A stretch of 35,269 nucleotides of DNA from a virus. Made by a program: the position numbers and the translations under genes. This document shows, piece by piece, positions 7,815 to 18,119 of the stretch. The first letter of the stretch is position 1. Every line of letters starts with the position of its first letter. Below the pieces are notes generated by a model, which made no database searches, was not told the origin of the DNA, and saw only the letters and a list, made by a program, of their open reading frames with translations. Location: the IMG/VR virus record IMGVR_UViG_3300045988_159128; one strand, written 5' to 3'.

Positions 7815-8975
7815 CTATTCACTTTTTATATTTTGAAATGTCGGTTCCATTTTATATCCATTATCATCTATACTCTCTAATATTTCAGATATCCTAACAT
7901 TAATTGAAATTCCGTATTCATTTACAATATTTACAATATCACCTAGATTATAATCATCTTTATATGTATAATTAGCTCCTATAATAACATCTCCTGTAAA
8001 AGATGTAATTGATTTATATTCAGACATTTTTTCATATCCAACACTTTTTAGGTTTTCAATATAAATATTATTACATAATACTACTTCAGTAATTTCTCCA
8101 TCATCATTTTTTGTTAAAATAGCTATATTAGTTCCGTTTACTTGATAATATATTGTGCCATTTATATTCTTTTCATTACCATTAGGATAACTACTTAATA
8201 ATTCATCATAATCAATTGAACTTGAAACATCTCTTGCATCCACATATAATTCATGTCTGTTAATTCCTGTCCCACTACCAATTGTAACAGTTTTTCTTTC
8301 TATTCCTTCGCCTTCTCCTGCAACAATAGCAATATTTTTTATATTGCTATCATCTTTGGTATAATCCGTTGTAGATATGTTATCATAGTTTTGTGAAAAT
8401 TGAACATAATCACTTCTATCTTTCCCTTTATATAAAGAAAATACAAATTTTCTATCTTTTATAACAATTTTATATCCCCACTCGTAATTCTGACATAATT
8501 CTTGAATTTTTGTACCTACATAATCATAAGTAACTTGTTCTCTTATTGTTTCTTTAAATCCTACTTTATCTGCTAATACAAAGTTTTCTATTTTTCTTTC
8601 TTTGTTGGTAGGATTTATTATAGAATCCGTAATTAAAGTTCTTATATAATCTTCAACTAATCCATTAAAATTCGTTTGTTTGGCTACTATTCTTGAATTT
8701 AGTATATTTTTTATATCTGTACCTGTTATAATTAATTGATCTCCATTTTCTTCATCAGTTTTTATTTCAATTTTTGTTATTTCGCAAACCATATCGTCTT
8801 TTTTCCTAGCAATATATTTGCATTCTTTTATTTTTTTGATATTTTCAATAGTTGCAGAAATAACAAGTTCACAATCTCCCAATTCATTATATCTAGGAAC
8901 CCATAAAATACTTGAATACATATCTATTATGTATTTTTTAATTAAATCTTTATCTAACAAATATAATTCATCCAT
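7815..8975 (-). CDS. Siphovirus ReqiPepy6 Gp37-like tail protein
   Basis: 386 aa, WVPRYNELGDCELVI..., Tal position after Dit. Confidence 0.7.
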   Translation of the reverse strand: MDELYLLDKDLIKKYIIDMYSSILWVPRYNELGDCELVISATIENIKKIKECKYIARKKDDMVCEITKIEIKTDEENGDQLIITGTDIKNILNSRIVAKQTNFNGLVEDYIRTLITDSIINPTNKERKIENFVLADKVGFKETIREQVTYDYVGTKIQELCQNYEWGYKIVIKDRKFVFSLYKGKDRSDYVQFSQNYDNISTTDYTKDDSNIKNIAIVAGEGEGIERKTVTIGSGTGINRHELYVDARDVSSSIDYDELLSSYPNGNEKNINGTIYYQVNGTNIAILTKNDDGEITEVVLCNNIYIENLKSVGYEKMSEYKSITSFTGDVIIGANYTYKDDYNLGDIVNIVNEYGISINVRISEILESIDDNGYKMEPTFQNIKSE

Positions 8976-8981
8976 ATAATT

Positions 8982-9842
8982 CTATACCCCTAAATATACA
9001 CGATAATATTTAAAACTAATATCCACTAGCATATCCTTCTCTCCATCATCAGCTAAAAAACTAAATCTATTATCTCCAATTCCTAATTGAAAAAATGTTG
9101 ATTCACTTCTAACTTGTGGAATTAAATTATATTCAACCGCTTCTCTAGTTAAAATTACCGATTTTTTTCCTCTATTACAATTAATTATTAATTTATCATT
9201 TTTCATAAACTCATAATCAATTATAAAATTTTCTCCTGTTTCAATATTACGAATTTCTAGCTTATTTACAGTTCCCATAAATCCAATATTAATAATTAAA
9301 CCTGTTTCACTTTCACTATCGTTTATAACATTTGTTACCTTTTCAAGATCTACAGAAGAAATTGCAATAGGTTGATTACTATTTATAGAAAATGGGAAAG
9401 AGAATTTTTTTATTGTTTTTGAAATACTTTGAACTATGGTATTAATATCTTTAAAATATGGATCAGGACATAAAATAGAAATCTGTGCAACTTGTTTTTG
9501 AACGAATATTGGAACTTCAAAAGTTTGCACATATCCTTCTATAAAAACATTTCTGTTATCATCTTCATAATAAATTTTACACCATTGTTTATTTCTAAAA
9601 TATTTATAAAGTTTTAATCTATTTTGAGAAACATCTCCATTTATATATACTGTAATAACAATTTCCCTATTGGGAATTTTTGAACTATTAAAGGCAGAAC
9701 CATCTCCATTTGCATAGGTTGAAGTATTTATATTAGCATTTGGAGGGGTTATTCCTTCTATATTTGCTATTTGATAATCTTCTTCGTTATCTGTTAATTC
9801 AAGGACTGCTCCTTTAATATTTTCAACTTTTAAAGTAAACAT
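8982..9842 (-). CDS. Distal tail protein (Dit-like)
   Basis: 286 aa, NSSKIPNREIVITVYINGD...CPDPYFKD, between the tape measure and Gp37-like genes. Confidence 0.8.
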   Translation of the reverse strand: MFTLKVENIKGAVLELTDNEEDYQIANIEGITPPNANINTSTYANGDGSAFNSSKIPNREIVITVYINGDVSQNRLKLYKYFRNKQWCKIYYEDDNRNVFIEGYVQTFEVPIFVQKQVAQISILCPDPYFKDINTIVQSISKTIKKFSFPFSINSNQPIAISSVDLEKVTNVINDSESETGLIINIGFMGTVNKLEIRNIETGENFIIDYEFMKNDKLIINCNRGKKSVILTREAVEYNLIPQVRSESTFFQLGIGDNRFSFLADDGEKDMLVDISFKYYRVYLGV

Positions 9843-9856
9843 TTTTGATTTCCCTC

Positions 9857-12800
9857 CTATGCATTTACTAGATTTAATAAATTCCTTGTCTGCCTATATA
9901 ATTCTAGTCTAGATGGTTGTTTTGGAGCATTTATTACTTGAGTAAAATTATTAACATTAGATGTTGAATTAGATATATTGTTAATATTAGAAGCATTGTT
10001 TTTCATTTCTTCTTTCATATCATTTGCAACAGCTTTTATCCAGCCTTTATTTCTTTCAAGAGGAACAACCGCTTCTGCTCCATTTCCTTCAAGTAAACCA
10101 ACTTGTCCTTTTTCTAATACCCCACCTCTATATAATTTTGGTATATTTAATGTATTGATTCTTGATATATTTACACCTGGAATTGCATTGATTATTCCTA
10201 TCGCACCGTTAATCATATTAATAAATCCATTTACTGTGTTTTCTATCATTCCTAATAATCCATTAATACCTGATTTAACAGCTCCACTAATTGCATTTCC
10301 TATATTAGTTCCAATGTTTGAAAATTTATCACTTATTGTATTCCATAATCCTCCGAAAAAATTACCAATATTGCTAAAAATACCAGTAATATTATTCCAA
10401 GCTTCTCTAAATCTATCTCCAAACCATCCTCCTACATTAGAAAATACATTTTGTATTCCTTGCCAAGCACCTTGAAAAAATGATCCTAATTGTTCAGGTA
10501 ATTGTGCTAATCCTTGGAATATAGAACTAATTATCTGTGGCAACGCCTTTAATAATTCCAAGCATATAGTTGGTATTGCTTGAACTAATGCCATAAATAA
10601 TTGAATTGCACCTTGTAGTAATACTGGTATATTTTGTATTAAAACATTAATTATAGTAGTAACAATAGTTGGTATTTGAGGAATAAGTGCTTGTATAATC
10701 AATGGTATTGCTTGAATAATAGCCATTAACAATTGCACTGCTCCCTGTAATACAATTGGTAAATTTTCGACCAATCCAGTAATAATAGTATTTATTATTG
10801 TTGGAATTGCATCTACTAACGCAGGAATTATAAGTGGTATAGCTTCAACTATTGAATTTAATAATTGTACTGCTCCTTCTATCAATCTTGGAATTGCATC
10901 TGTTAATCCATATAAAATAGTATTTATTATTTCATCAAGATTTTCTGTTAATGCAGATATTATCTCAGGGATTGCTTCAATAATTCCCATAAAGAAACTA
11001 AAGGCTGCATCGATAAGATCTGGCAAACTGTCAACCAATACTCCAATAATCTGATTTACAACTTGTACTAATGCAATAACTAGGTTTGGAATTGCATCTG
11101 TTAATCCATTTACAAGACTTATAATAATTTGAACTCCTGCTTGAAGTAATTGTGGAATTGCCATCTGCAAAACATCTATTATTTGAGGTATAATACCAAT
11201 TATTGCATCAACAACCGTTGGTAAAGCTTCAATTATTCCCTGTAGTAATTTATTCATTCCATCCATTACATCAGGTAATAGTTCTGTTATTAAATCAACA
11301 ATTTGTGGGAATAACTCGATGAGTAATGATATAATACTATCAATTACAATTTTTACTTTTGGAACTATATTTTGAATAACAGTTCCTATACTATCTATTA
11401 AATTTTCCATTAAAGTATCAAAATTTGCATTTTCATCTGCCATGCCAGTTAATAAATTACTCCATGCAGACTTCATTGCTCCAATAGATCCTTGAATTGT
11501 TGTACTTGCTTCTTTTGCAGTAGTTCCTGTTATGCCCATATTATCTTGAACCAAATGTATAGCTTCAACAACATCAGCATAACTTTCAATTGTCAAATTT
11601 CCAGCTTGTCCTTGTGCTTTTGCTAATTTGTTAGCATCTCCAATAAGTCTTTCCATTTCACTTTTAGTTCCACCATATCCAAGCTTCAAATTATCAAGCA
11701 TTGTATAGTTTTGTTTTGCAAAACCTTGATATGCATTTTGTATAGATTCCATTGATGTACCCATTTTATTTGCATTGTCAGACATATCTGTAATTGCTTT
11801 ATCAGCTACTTCTGCTGATTTTGCAGTATCACCATTTAAACTTTGTAATAATGATGCAGAAAATGAAGTTACAGTGTCCATATATTCATTTGCAGAAAGC
11901 CCAGCAGTTTTATATGCATTATTAGCATAATTTTCTACAATGCCTGAGCTGTCCTTAAATAATGTTTCAACACCACCAACTAATTGCTCATAATCAGAAT
12001 AACTAGCTATTGCCTGTTTACCAGCATTAAGTAAAGCACCACCTAATTTCAAAATCCCATTTATGCACCCTTCAACCGCATCTGCTGCTAAATTTGCTAA
12101 TGCTCCTTTAAGAACTGTAAAACCACCATTTGAAGCATCATCTGCTGATTTCCCAGCACTATCGATACTTTTATCTAATTTATCAGCAGCACTATCAAGT
12201 TCCTGCATTTTGGTTTTATTATCATTTAAATCACCTGATAATGTTTTAATTTCTTTTGCTAAATTTTTGGCTTCTGATGAATTTTTACCATATTGTAGTA
12301 CCGCATTCTTATATGCCTCTTTTGTATCATCTACCGCTTTTTGTTGATCGTCTATTGTGTCAGATAATTTACTTGTACTACTATTAGCTCTTTCTTCAGC
12401 TTTTTGTAAATTTTGTAATTGTGTACTATAATTACTGTATTCTTTTTCAATTTTATTTACCGCAGCCTCTTGATTGTTAATAGTAACTGTTAAATTCGAT
12501 ATTTGTTGTTTTATGCTTGAATGAGCTTGTTCTGCGGAACTCAATTGACTTTGTAAATTTCTAACTTCATCAGAATTTTCTCCATAGGCTCTTTTTGCAT
12601 CTTCTAGTTTTTTCTTCAAATTTTCAATTTCACTAGCAGACTGCTTTTCATATTTTTGTGCAGTTTGTAACTGCGTTTGATATGATTGCAATTTACTAAC
12701 TTGTGCTTCCATCGTAGATTTTAATTGTTTCAACTTTGCACTTAAACCATCTGTAGACTTTGTCCAATCATCCATACCAGAACTTGCTTTTTTAAATTCG

Positions 12801-12901
12801 GAATTTGCGAGTTTAATATAATTATTAGCTTCAGATATATTCTTTTTTAAATCCGATATATCCAATTTATATCGAGTTGTAATATCTTCTCCTTTTGTCA
12901 C
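9857..12901 (-). CDS. Tape measure protein
   Basis: 1014 aa, coiled-coil N-terminal half and long hydrophobic repeats. Confidence 0.95.
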   Translation of the reverse strand: MTKGEDITTRYKLDISDLKKNISEANNYIKLANSEFKKASSGMDDWTKSTDGLSAKLKQLKSTMEAQVSKLQSYQTQLQTAQKYEKQSASEIENLKKKLEDAKRAYGENSDEVRNLQSQLSSAEQAHSSIKQQISNLTVTINNQEAAVNKIEKEYSNYSTQLQNLQKAEERANSSTSKLSDTIDDQQKAVDDTKEAYKNAVLQYGKNSSEAKNLAKEIKTLSGDLNDNKTKMQELDSAADKLDKSIDSAGKSADDASNGGFTVLKGALANLAADAVEGCINGILKLGGALLNAGKQAIASYSDYEQLVGGVETLFKDSSGIVENYANNAYKTAGLSANEYMDTVTSFSASLLQSLNGDTAKSAEVADKAITDMSDNANKMGTSMESIQNAYQGFAKQNYTMLDNLKLGYGGTKSEMERLIGDANKLAKAQGQAGNLTIESYADVVEAIHLVQDNMGITGTTAKEASTTIQGSIGAMKSAWSNLLTGMADENANFDTLMENLIDSIGTVIQNIVPKVKIVIDSIISLLIELFPQIVDLITELLPDVMDGMNKLLQGIIEALPTVVDAIIGIIPQIIDVLQMAIPQLLQAGVQIIISLVNGLTDAIPNLVIALVQVVNQIIGVLVDSLPDLIDAAFSFFMGIIEAIPEIISALTENLDEIINTILYGLTDAIPRLIEGAVQLLNSIVEAIPLIIPALVDAIPTIINTIITGLVENLPIVLQGAVQLLMAIIQAIPLIIQALIPQIPTIVTTIINVLIQNIPVLLQGAIQLFMALVQAIPTICLELLKALPQIISSIFQGLAQLPEQLGSFFQGAWQGIQNVFSNVGGWFGDRFREAWNNITGIFSNIGNFFGGLWNTISDKFSNIGTNIGNAISGAVKSGINGLLGMIENTVNGFINMINGAIGIINAIPGVNISRINTLNIPKLYRGGVLEKGQVGLLEGNGAEAVVPLERNKGWIKAVANDMKEEMKNNASNINNISNSTSNVNNFTQVINAPKQPSRLELYRQTRNLLNLVNA

Positions 12902-12927
12902 TTACTTTCCTCCTTTCATCAAGCAAA

Positions 12928-13490
12928 CTAAAACCAGCTATCACTAGCTGGTCTTCTTATTTGTTTTTTCCTTTTATTTTTATTGTTTTGATTATTTGCT
13001 TCATCATAAATTCGTAATCTTCTAACTAATAGAAAAATCTCTCTCATTTTTTCTTTTCTTATTGAAAATGGATCAACCGTTGGAAAACGATTACATATTT
13101 CCATTTCAAGTTCAAAGAATATTTGATAGAGGGGAATAGCAGTATTCCCCTCTTCTAGTTTTTTCCATCATTTCCTTTTGTTATTTGATTTATAGAATAA
13201 GCTATAATTTCGGCTATAACATTCATTATTTCTTTTAATTTTGTATGTCTTAATTCTTCATCTGTTAATCCATCAAAAACTTCTTTTAGCAATGGTTTAA
13301 CAATATTCATTGAACTTGCCAAAACTTTTGCAATTGCTTTTAGTAACTCTGCTTTGTTACTAGCTTGAATATTATCAATATCAATAACATCCAACAAATC
13401 TTCTACTGTTCCAAACATTAAATCGTAAGTTTCAGCAGTATATGTTTTTGTTATTTCTTTTTTGTCGTAGATATTTAATTTTAAATCCAT
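12928..13490 (-). CDS. Tail assembly chaperone GT fusion made by -1 frameshifting (G alone = 13155-13490)
   Basis: G ORF ends ...GNDGKN*; in -1 frame KKLEEGNTAIPLYQIFFELEMEICNRFPTVDPFSIKKEKMREIFLLVRRLRIYDEANNQNNKNKRKKQIRRPASDSWF* continues to 12928. Confidence 0.85.
13129..13164 (-). promoter_or_regulatory. -1 programmed frameshift signal: A AAA AAC, 5-nt spacer, 9-bp stem-loop
   Basis: Slippery site 13164-13158, TAGAA spacer, GAGGGGAAT/ATTCCCCTC with 6-nt loop. Confidence 0.85.
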
Positions 13491-13505
13491 ATTTTTTTCC
13501 TCCTA

Positions 13506-14126
13506 TTAGGCTTTTGCCTTTAAAGTATCTATTGTTGTAACAGTATCAAAGAATGTACTAACATCTGCTAGGTCTTTAGATAAATCAACATTAATAGCTT
13601 TTGCAGTTTTACCTGTTTTGGTGAATTTATGTGTTGTTGAAATTCCTGTATATGTTACTTCTTGACCGTTAGAGTCTGTTCCATCATTTTCTGTTGCATG
13701 TGTACTATCAGGAATACTAAATGTTCCTTTATGTCTCCAAACATATACTTCATCACCATTAGTTTTCTTTGTTTTATAACCAAGAGCAAAGTATTTGGTT
13801 TTTCTTTCTCCCTCAATTAATGTTCCTGTTGTTTCATCATAATCTTGTCCTGTTATAAATGCTAATTTATCTAATGGAAGTACAGATGTAGAACATTTTA
13901 TTTCATCTGCACCAACAGAGTTGATTACAATTGCAGCCATATTATTATAATATTTTGATTCACTTGAATTACTTGTACTTTTTGAAATTTCTCCAACACC
14001 AGCTAATTCATATACCTCTCCTGTTTTGTAGCCTTCTCCTTCTTTATTATTATCAGATAATACTTCTGCCACAACTAAATCTGTGACACCTCTATACTCA
14101 ACGATTTCATCTAAATTCTTATTCAT
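13506..14126 (-). CDS. Major tail protein
   Basis: 206 aa, tail tube-like, directly upstream of G/GT. Confidence 0.85.
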   Translation of the reverse strand: MNKNLDEIVEYRGVTDLVVAEVLSDNNKEGEGYKTGEVYELAGVGEISKSTSNSSESKYYNNMAAIVINSVGADEIKCSTSVLPLDKLAFITGQDYDETTGTLIEGERKTKYFALGYKTKKTNGDEVYVWRHKGTFSIPDSTHATENDGTDSNGQEVTYTGISTTHKFTKTGKTAKAINVDLSKDLADVSTFFDTVTTIDTLKAKA

Positions 14127-14141
14127 ATAGATTTTACCTCC

Positions 14142-14486
14142 TTATAAATTTTCTATTATTCTTACTGCTATACCTCTTCCAGTTTGTGTGGGTTCATCAC
14201 TTTCAACATCATATCCTTTGCCACTCACAATAAACCCATCCCTTTTTAATTTTTCTTTTAAATTTAATAATTCTTTATCTATTAGGTCAGAATTGTTAGA
14301 ATAAAATGCAACAATAAAAAGCCATACAATTTTATGTTCTTCATTATTGTAAAAAGCATCTCCATCAGAAGACATATTTTTAAAAGTGAAGTACGATTCA
14401 GGATAACCTTCTTCTTTATTCATCGTACCTTGTTGAAAATATGGATAATTCATGCTCTCTAATACTTTTGTTAATTTATCTTTCAT
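14142..14486 (-). CDS. Tail terminator/completion-like protein
   Basis: 114 aa, conserved position. Confidence 0.6.
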   Translation of the reverse strand: MKDKLTKVLESMNYPYFQQGTMNKEEGYPESYFTFKNMSSDGDAFYNNEEHKIVWLFIVAFYSNNSDLIDKELLNLKEKLKRDGFIVSGKGYDVESDEPTQTGRGIAVRIIENL

Positions 14487-14957
14487 TTACCCTTCCAACC
14501 TCCTTATTTCATTATTAAATATTTCTTGTTGTGCTTCTAATACTTCTTTTCTTGTGCTTGTACCAAAAATTGCATTATACATTTTTTTATCTTTTTTATG
14601 CTCTGCCATAATTCCAAGATTTTTTCCGTATTGGTTACTAACACTGTGGCTTTGTGTTCCATACATCAAAAAAATTGAAGCTAGTCCACCCTCGCTTATG
14701 CTAAAACCTACTTTTACACTTGCTAATGTACCAGCCCATTCAATTTCTGCTTCTTTTTTCAAAGCTTTTTCAGTTCTCTTAGTTTCATTATGTGGTGTAA
14801 TCGCTTCTTGTGCTTTTTTTGTAATAATTTCGTGGGTTTTCTTTAATGATTTTTCTGATATATTTTTTGTATTTGCATTTAATTTATTAAGCCTTGCTAT
14901 TGCTTCATTAAAACCCTCAAATTCCAAATAAGCCTTGTTACTCATACTAAGCACCAC
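14487..14957 (-). CDS. HK97 gp10-like protein
   Basis: 156 aa, FNEAIARLNKLNANTKNISEKSLKKTHEIITKKAQEAITPHNETKRTEK. Confidence 0.75.
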   Translation of the reverse strand: MVLSMSNKAYLEFEGFNEAIARLNKLNANTKNISEKSLKKTHEIITKKAQEAITPHNETKRTEKALKKEAEIEWAGTLASVKVGFSISEGGLASIFLMYGTQSHSVSNQYGKNLGIMAEHKKDKKMYNAIFGTSTRKEVLEAQQEIFNNEIRRLEG

Positions 14958-15333
14958 CTTTTAATCTTTTGACCTTAAATTTTAAAAATTGATGTCTTTG
15001 ATTTATATCTTCAGGTTCATTTATTATATCGAATACAGCCTTATCTTCAGCTCTTGCAATTCTGCAAACACCAGTAATATCTGATCGATACATAGTTTCA
15101 ATGTTTGCTGTATCTTCAATGGAATACACACCATTTACCGTTTTCTCCGTTCCACCATAAGTTTTAAAACTGCCAAAAAAAAGATTAATAGAATTACCAT
15201 TTTTATCTTTTTCTGCTAATGCTTCATCAACAGTTGGATATTCCTTATTAGTGATACCCTTTTTTGTTGAAATCTTTGGTATAAGTAAAACAAGTGGAAT
15301 AGGATTGGTTATATTTATTGAAAATCCACTCAT
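14947..15333 (-). CDS. Head closure/head-tail adaptor protein
   Basis: 128 aa, synteny; ends DINEPEDINQRHQFLKFKVKRLKGG. Confidence 0.65.
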   Translation of the reverse strand: MSGFSINITNPIPLVLLIPKISTKKGITNKEYPTVDEALAEKDKNGNSINLFFGSFKTYGGTEKTVNGVYSIEDTANIETMYRSDITGVCRIARAEDKAVFDIINEPEDINQRHQFLKFKVKRLKGGA

Positions 15334-15581
15334 TTTCCATCACCATCCTTATATGCTAGTTGAGTAGCTCTTTGCCAAAAGTATGATGATAAATTTGCTT
15401 TTTGAAAATATACATCATCAACACCTCTTGCAATCACACCAGCTGATTTTACATCATTAACAACAGATGATGGAATTCCTCCATCTATCATCAATTGTTG
15501 TATTTCAGCAATCCAATTTTTAAGAATTGTATCTTGGTAAGTTCCTGTAATTCCCAAGCATTCCTTTACTTTTTCTAACAT
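15330..15581 (-). CDS. Head-tail connector (gp6-like)
   Basis: 83 aa, LEKVKECLGITGTYQDTILKNWIAEIQQLMIDGG. Confidence 0.7.
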   Translation of the reverse strand: MLEKVKECLGITGTYQDTILKNWIAEIQQLMIDGGIPSSVVNDVKSAGVIARGVDDVYFQKANLSSYFWQRATQLAYKDGDGK

Positions 15582-15596
15582 ATTACTGCTCCTTTT

Positions 15597-16019
15597 TTAG
15601 TCTACTTTTTCAACTAATCTTCTTGTATCAGATAATAATTCACTTGCTCTTTCTTTCTCAAATTCAACAATATCATTTTCTTTATAGTCTCTATCATTGT
15701 ATTTGTCTGTAAATGCAATCCTAATTTTAAGTTTTATTTTTTCATTATCTGATCTTTTGTTGTTTGTCTTTCTACTTGTTTTTTCTTTCTCTTCTTGTTC
15801 TTCTAAATGTTCTGTCTTTTCTTCAGTTTTTTCTATAGATTCTTCATCTACATCAGTATTTTTTTCAATTGTAACTTCAGGTGAATTAACATCTATTACA
15901 TCATTTTCCTTTAAATCTTCTCCTGATACAATATCATTTTCATTAATTACAACTTGTTCTTTTTCAACAATTTCATTTTTTTCAGCAGTTTCATCTGCTT
16001 GATTTTGTGTTTTTGCCAT
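15597..16019 (-). CDS. Hypothetical acidic head-region protein
   Basis: 140 aa, Glu/Lys-rich; short C-terminal domain IRIAFTDKYNDRDYKENDIVEF. Confidence 0.6.
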   Translation of the reverse strand: MAKTQNQADETAEKNEIVEKEQVVINENDIVSGEDLKENDVIDVNSPEVTIEKNTDVDEESIEKTEEKTEHLEEQEEKEKTSRKTNNKRSDNEKIKLKIRIAFTDKYNDRDYKENDIVEFEKERASELLSDTRRLVEKVD

Positions 16020-16075
16020 TTTATATACTCTCCTTTTTTAAAATAATGAATTAAGGGGATTCTCATCCCCTCATC

Positions 16076-17464
16076 TTACCCTTTTACAGATTTTTTTAAT
16101 AAATAGATATAGTTTGTGTTTAATGGTTTACCATCTAAAATAACTAAACCTTTTGTAATCCATTTATTTTTATCTTCATCGAAATATCTCTTATATCCAA
16201 ATGTCATATTTGAGTTAATACCATAAGCTTTTTCAGGAACCCAGAATATTCCAAAATATTCTCCATTTGCACATAAATCAAATGATTTGAATAAATCTTG
16301 TTCTGTTCTAAGTACAGGATATTCATTGAATTTATATTGTTTATCACTAGCATCAAATCCAGCCTTATTTATTGGTTGATTATTAGCATCTTTTAAAGTA
16401 CATAAATTACCTACATAAGTTTGTTTTGCCATAGCAAATTCAGGATTAGCTCCTTCCATTCCTAAAGGTATATTAGCAAATAATTTTTTCTCCCATGCTG
16501 TCCAATCTGCAATTTCTTCTTCTGTAAATTCTATAATGTTACTTGCTGGTATTCTTTTTAATCCTGCTGCAACATCTGTAAGAATTCCAGTTGGTTGTGC
16601 ATTTCCTGTACCTTTTAAAACTGCTATATCTCTAGCTTTTAAATAAGCAGTTAATAAAGCATTTATTAATTCTTTTTCAAATACTTCTACACTTAATATG
16701 CTTTGAAGTAATGATTGTGCTATTCTTATTTCTCCAATATGGTAAGAGAATACAACACTTCCTGTAGCTCCATCAACTTTTTGATCTTCGCTGACACCAT
16801 GTTCTTTGTCAGCTCCATCTGTTCCACTCCATGTAAATGTTGCATCAAAGTCAGATATTGGAACTTCAACACCACCTTGAACATTTAACATACGAACTCT
16901 TGAAGAAAATTGTCCATATGAACCTTCTATTTTTTTAATTAATTCTTGTAATACTGTATGTGGAATCAATACTCCTAATGCATCACTTGTTACTTCTCCT
17001 GCTGCTCTTGTTTCAGTGCGATATTGTGTTAATATTTCATTTAATTTTGCACTTCTTGTTCCTGTTTGAGCATATTGTTTGAAAGCCATTCTATATTCCA
17101 TTGAAGAAAGTATATCTTCTTCATTATTTGAAGCTTGTCCTCTTTGATTCATTTTTGCTCCTCCTATAACGTTTAAAACTGCATTTGGATTAAATCCATT
17201 TGCACTTCTTCCTTCATTTGCTTTATCATCTTTTTTGTCATCTTTGTTATCTTCTGCACCTTCATCTTTGCCATCATCATTTCCGTTGTCTTCTTCTAAT
17301 TTTTTTAATTGCTCTTCTGCATCATTTATTTCATCACGCAAAGCTATTAAAGTTTCTCCTAGACTTCTTACTTCTGTAATGTCTTGTGAATTCTTCATTC
17401 TTTCCTCTTTTTCTTTTAACTCTTGTTTTTTTCTTTCAATTAATTTCTTTAAAAAATCTTTCAT
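16076..17464 (-). CDS. HK97-family major capsid protein
   Basis: 462 aa with coiled-coil delta domain then GGVEVPISDFDATFTWSG and capsid fold-like C terminus. Confidence 0.93.
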   Translation of the reverse strand: MKDFLKKLIERKKQELKEKEERMKNSQDITEVRSLGETLIALRDEINDAEEQLKKLEEDNGNDDGKDEGAEDNKDDKKDDKANEGRSANGFNPNAVLNVIGGAKMNQRGQASNNEEDILSSMEYRMAFKQYAQTGTRSAKLNEILTQYRTETRAAGEVTSDALGVLIPHTVLQELIKKIEGSYGQFSSRVRMLNVQGGVEVPISDFDATFTWSGTDGADKEHGVSEDQKVDGATGSVVFSYHIGEIRIAQSLLQSILSVEVFEKELINALLTAYLKARDIAVLKGTGNAQPTGILTDVAAGLKRIPASNIIEFTEEEIADWTAWEKKLFANIPLGMEGANPEFAMAKQTYVGNLCTLKDANNQPINKAGFDASDKQYKFNEYPVLRTEQDLFKSFDLCANGEYFGIFWVPEKAYGINSNMTFGYKRYFDEDKNKWITKGLVILDGKPLNTNYIYLLKKSVKG

Positions 17465-17465
17465 T

Positions 17466-18119
17466 TTAATTTCCTCCTAATAAATATTTAATTTTTAGCT
17501 TTTCAAGCTCTAATTGCTTTGGAGTAGTCTCCACCGCTCCACTTCTAGCAGTGTCCACCGCTAGTCGTGCAGTATCCACCGCACTTTTATCTCTAGCAGC
17601 TATCGAAGTATCTTCATATGCAGGAAATGTTACTGCACTAACTTCAACAACTGTTGAAATTGATTTTATATGTCTTGTTGGATAGTCTGTGTCTAGCCCT
17701 TCCCATTCTTCATCTTCTATTCCAAACATAAATGACATACCTGTTATGTCGCCACGCTCTATTGCACTATATAAATTTCTAGCCTCACTATTATTTTCTA
17801 CATCTAGTTCTACTCTAATTTCCATACCTTCATCATCAACTGTTAATTGCATTGTAGAATTTTTTGTATTTTTCCTTGATCTTGCAAGTGGTATTTTAGA
17901 TTGATCATGATTTACAAGAAATCTAACATCTTCCAGATTGGTTTTCTTCAAAGCCCCTCTTTCAATTATTTCTGCGAAAAAACCTCCTATGTCTGTTTTA
18001 CTATCATACACAATTGGTCTTCCAACAATAATGTTTCCTTTCTTTTCATCCTTTTCTGCTCTAATTTCAAAGTCGTAATTTCTTCTAATTAGTTCATTCT
18101 TCATTTTTGTTACCTCCAT
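17466..18119 (-). CDS. HK97-family prohead protease
   Basis: FEIRAEKDEKKGNIIVGRPIVYDSKT...LVNHDQSKIPLARSR...MSFMFG. Confidence 0.9.
   Translation of the reverse strand: MEVTKMKNELIRRNYDFEIRAEKDEKKGNIIVGRPIVYDSKTDIGGFFAEIIERGALKKTNLEDVRFLVNHDQSKIPLARSRKNTKNSTMQLTVDDEGMEIRVELDVENNSEARNLYSAIERGDITGMSFMFGIEDEEWEGLDTDYPTRHIKSISTVVEVSAVTFPAYEDTSIAARDKSAVDTARLAVDTARSGAVETTPKQLELEKLKIKYLLGGN

Noticed and set aside
9978-12347. Plus-strand ORFs 9978..10475 and 12063..12347
   Set aside because: Antisense to the tape measure gene, low-complexity, no RBS; artefacts of long reading frames opposite a biased gene.
9857-12901. Hydrophobic repeated segments of the tape measure gene as a mobile or variable element
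   Set aside because: Typical tape measure repeats; no nucleotide-level duplication indicating recent rearrangement.
17520-17595. Short AVDTAR-type repeats at the C terminus of the prohead protease as a VR or CRISPR-like array
   Set aside because: Only two or three imperfect units in a linker-like tail, no adenine-specific differences and no spacer structure.
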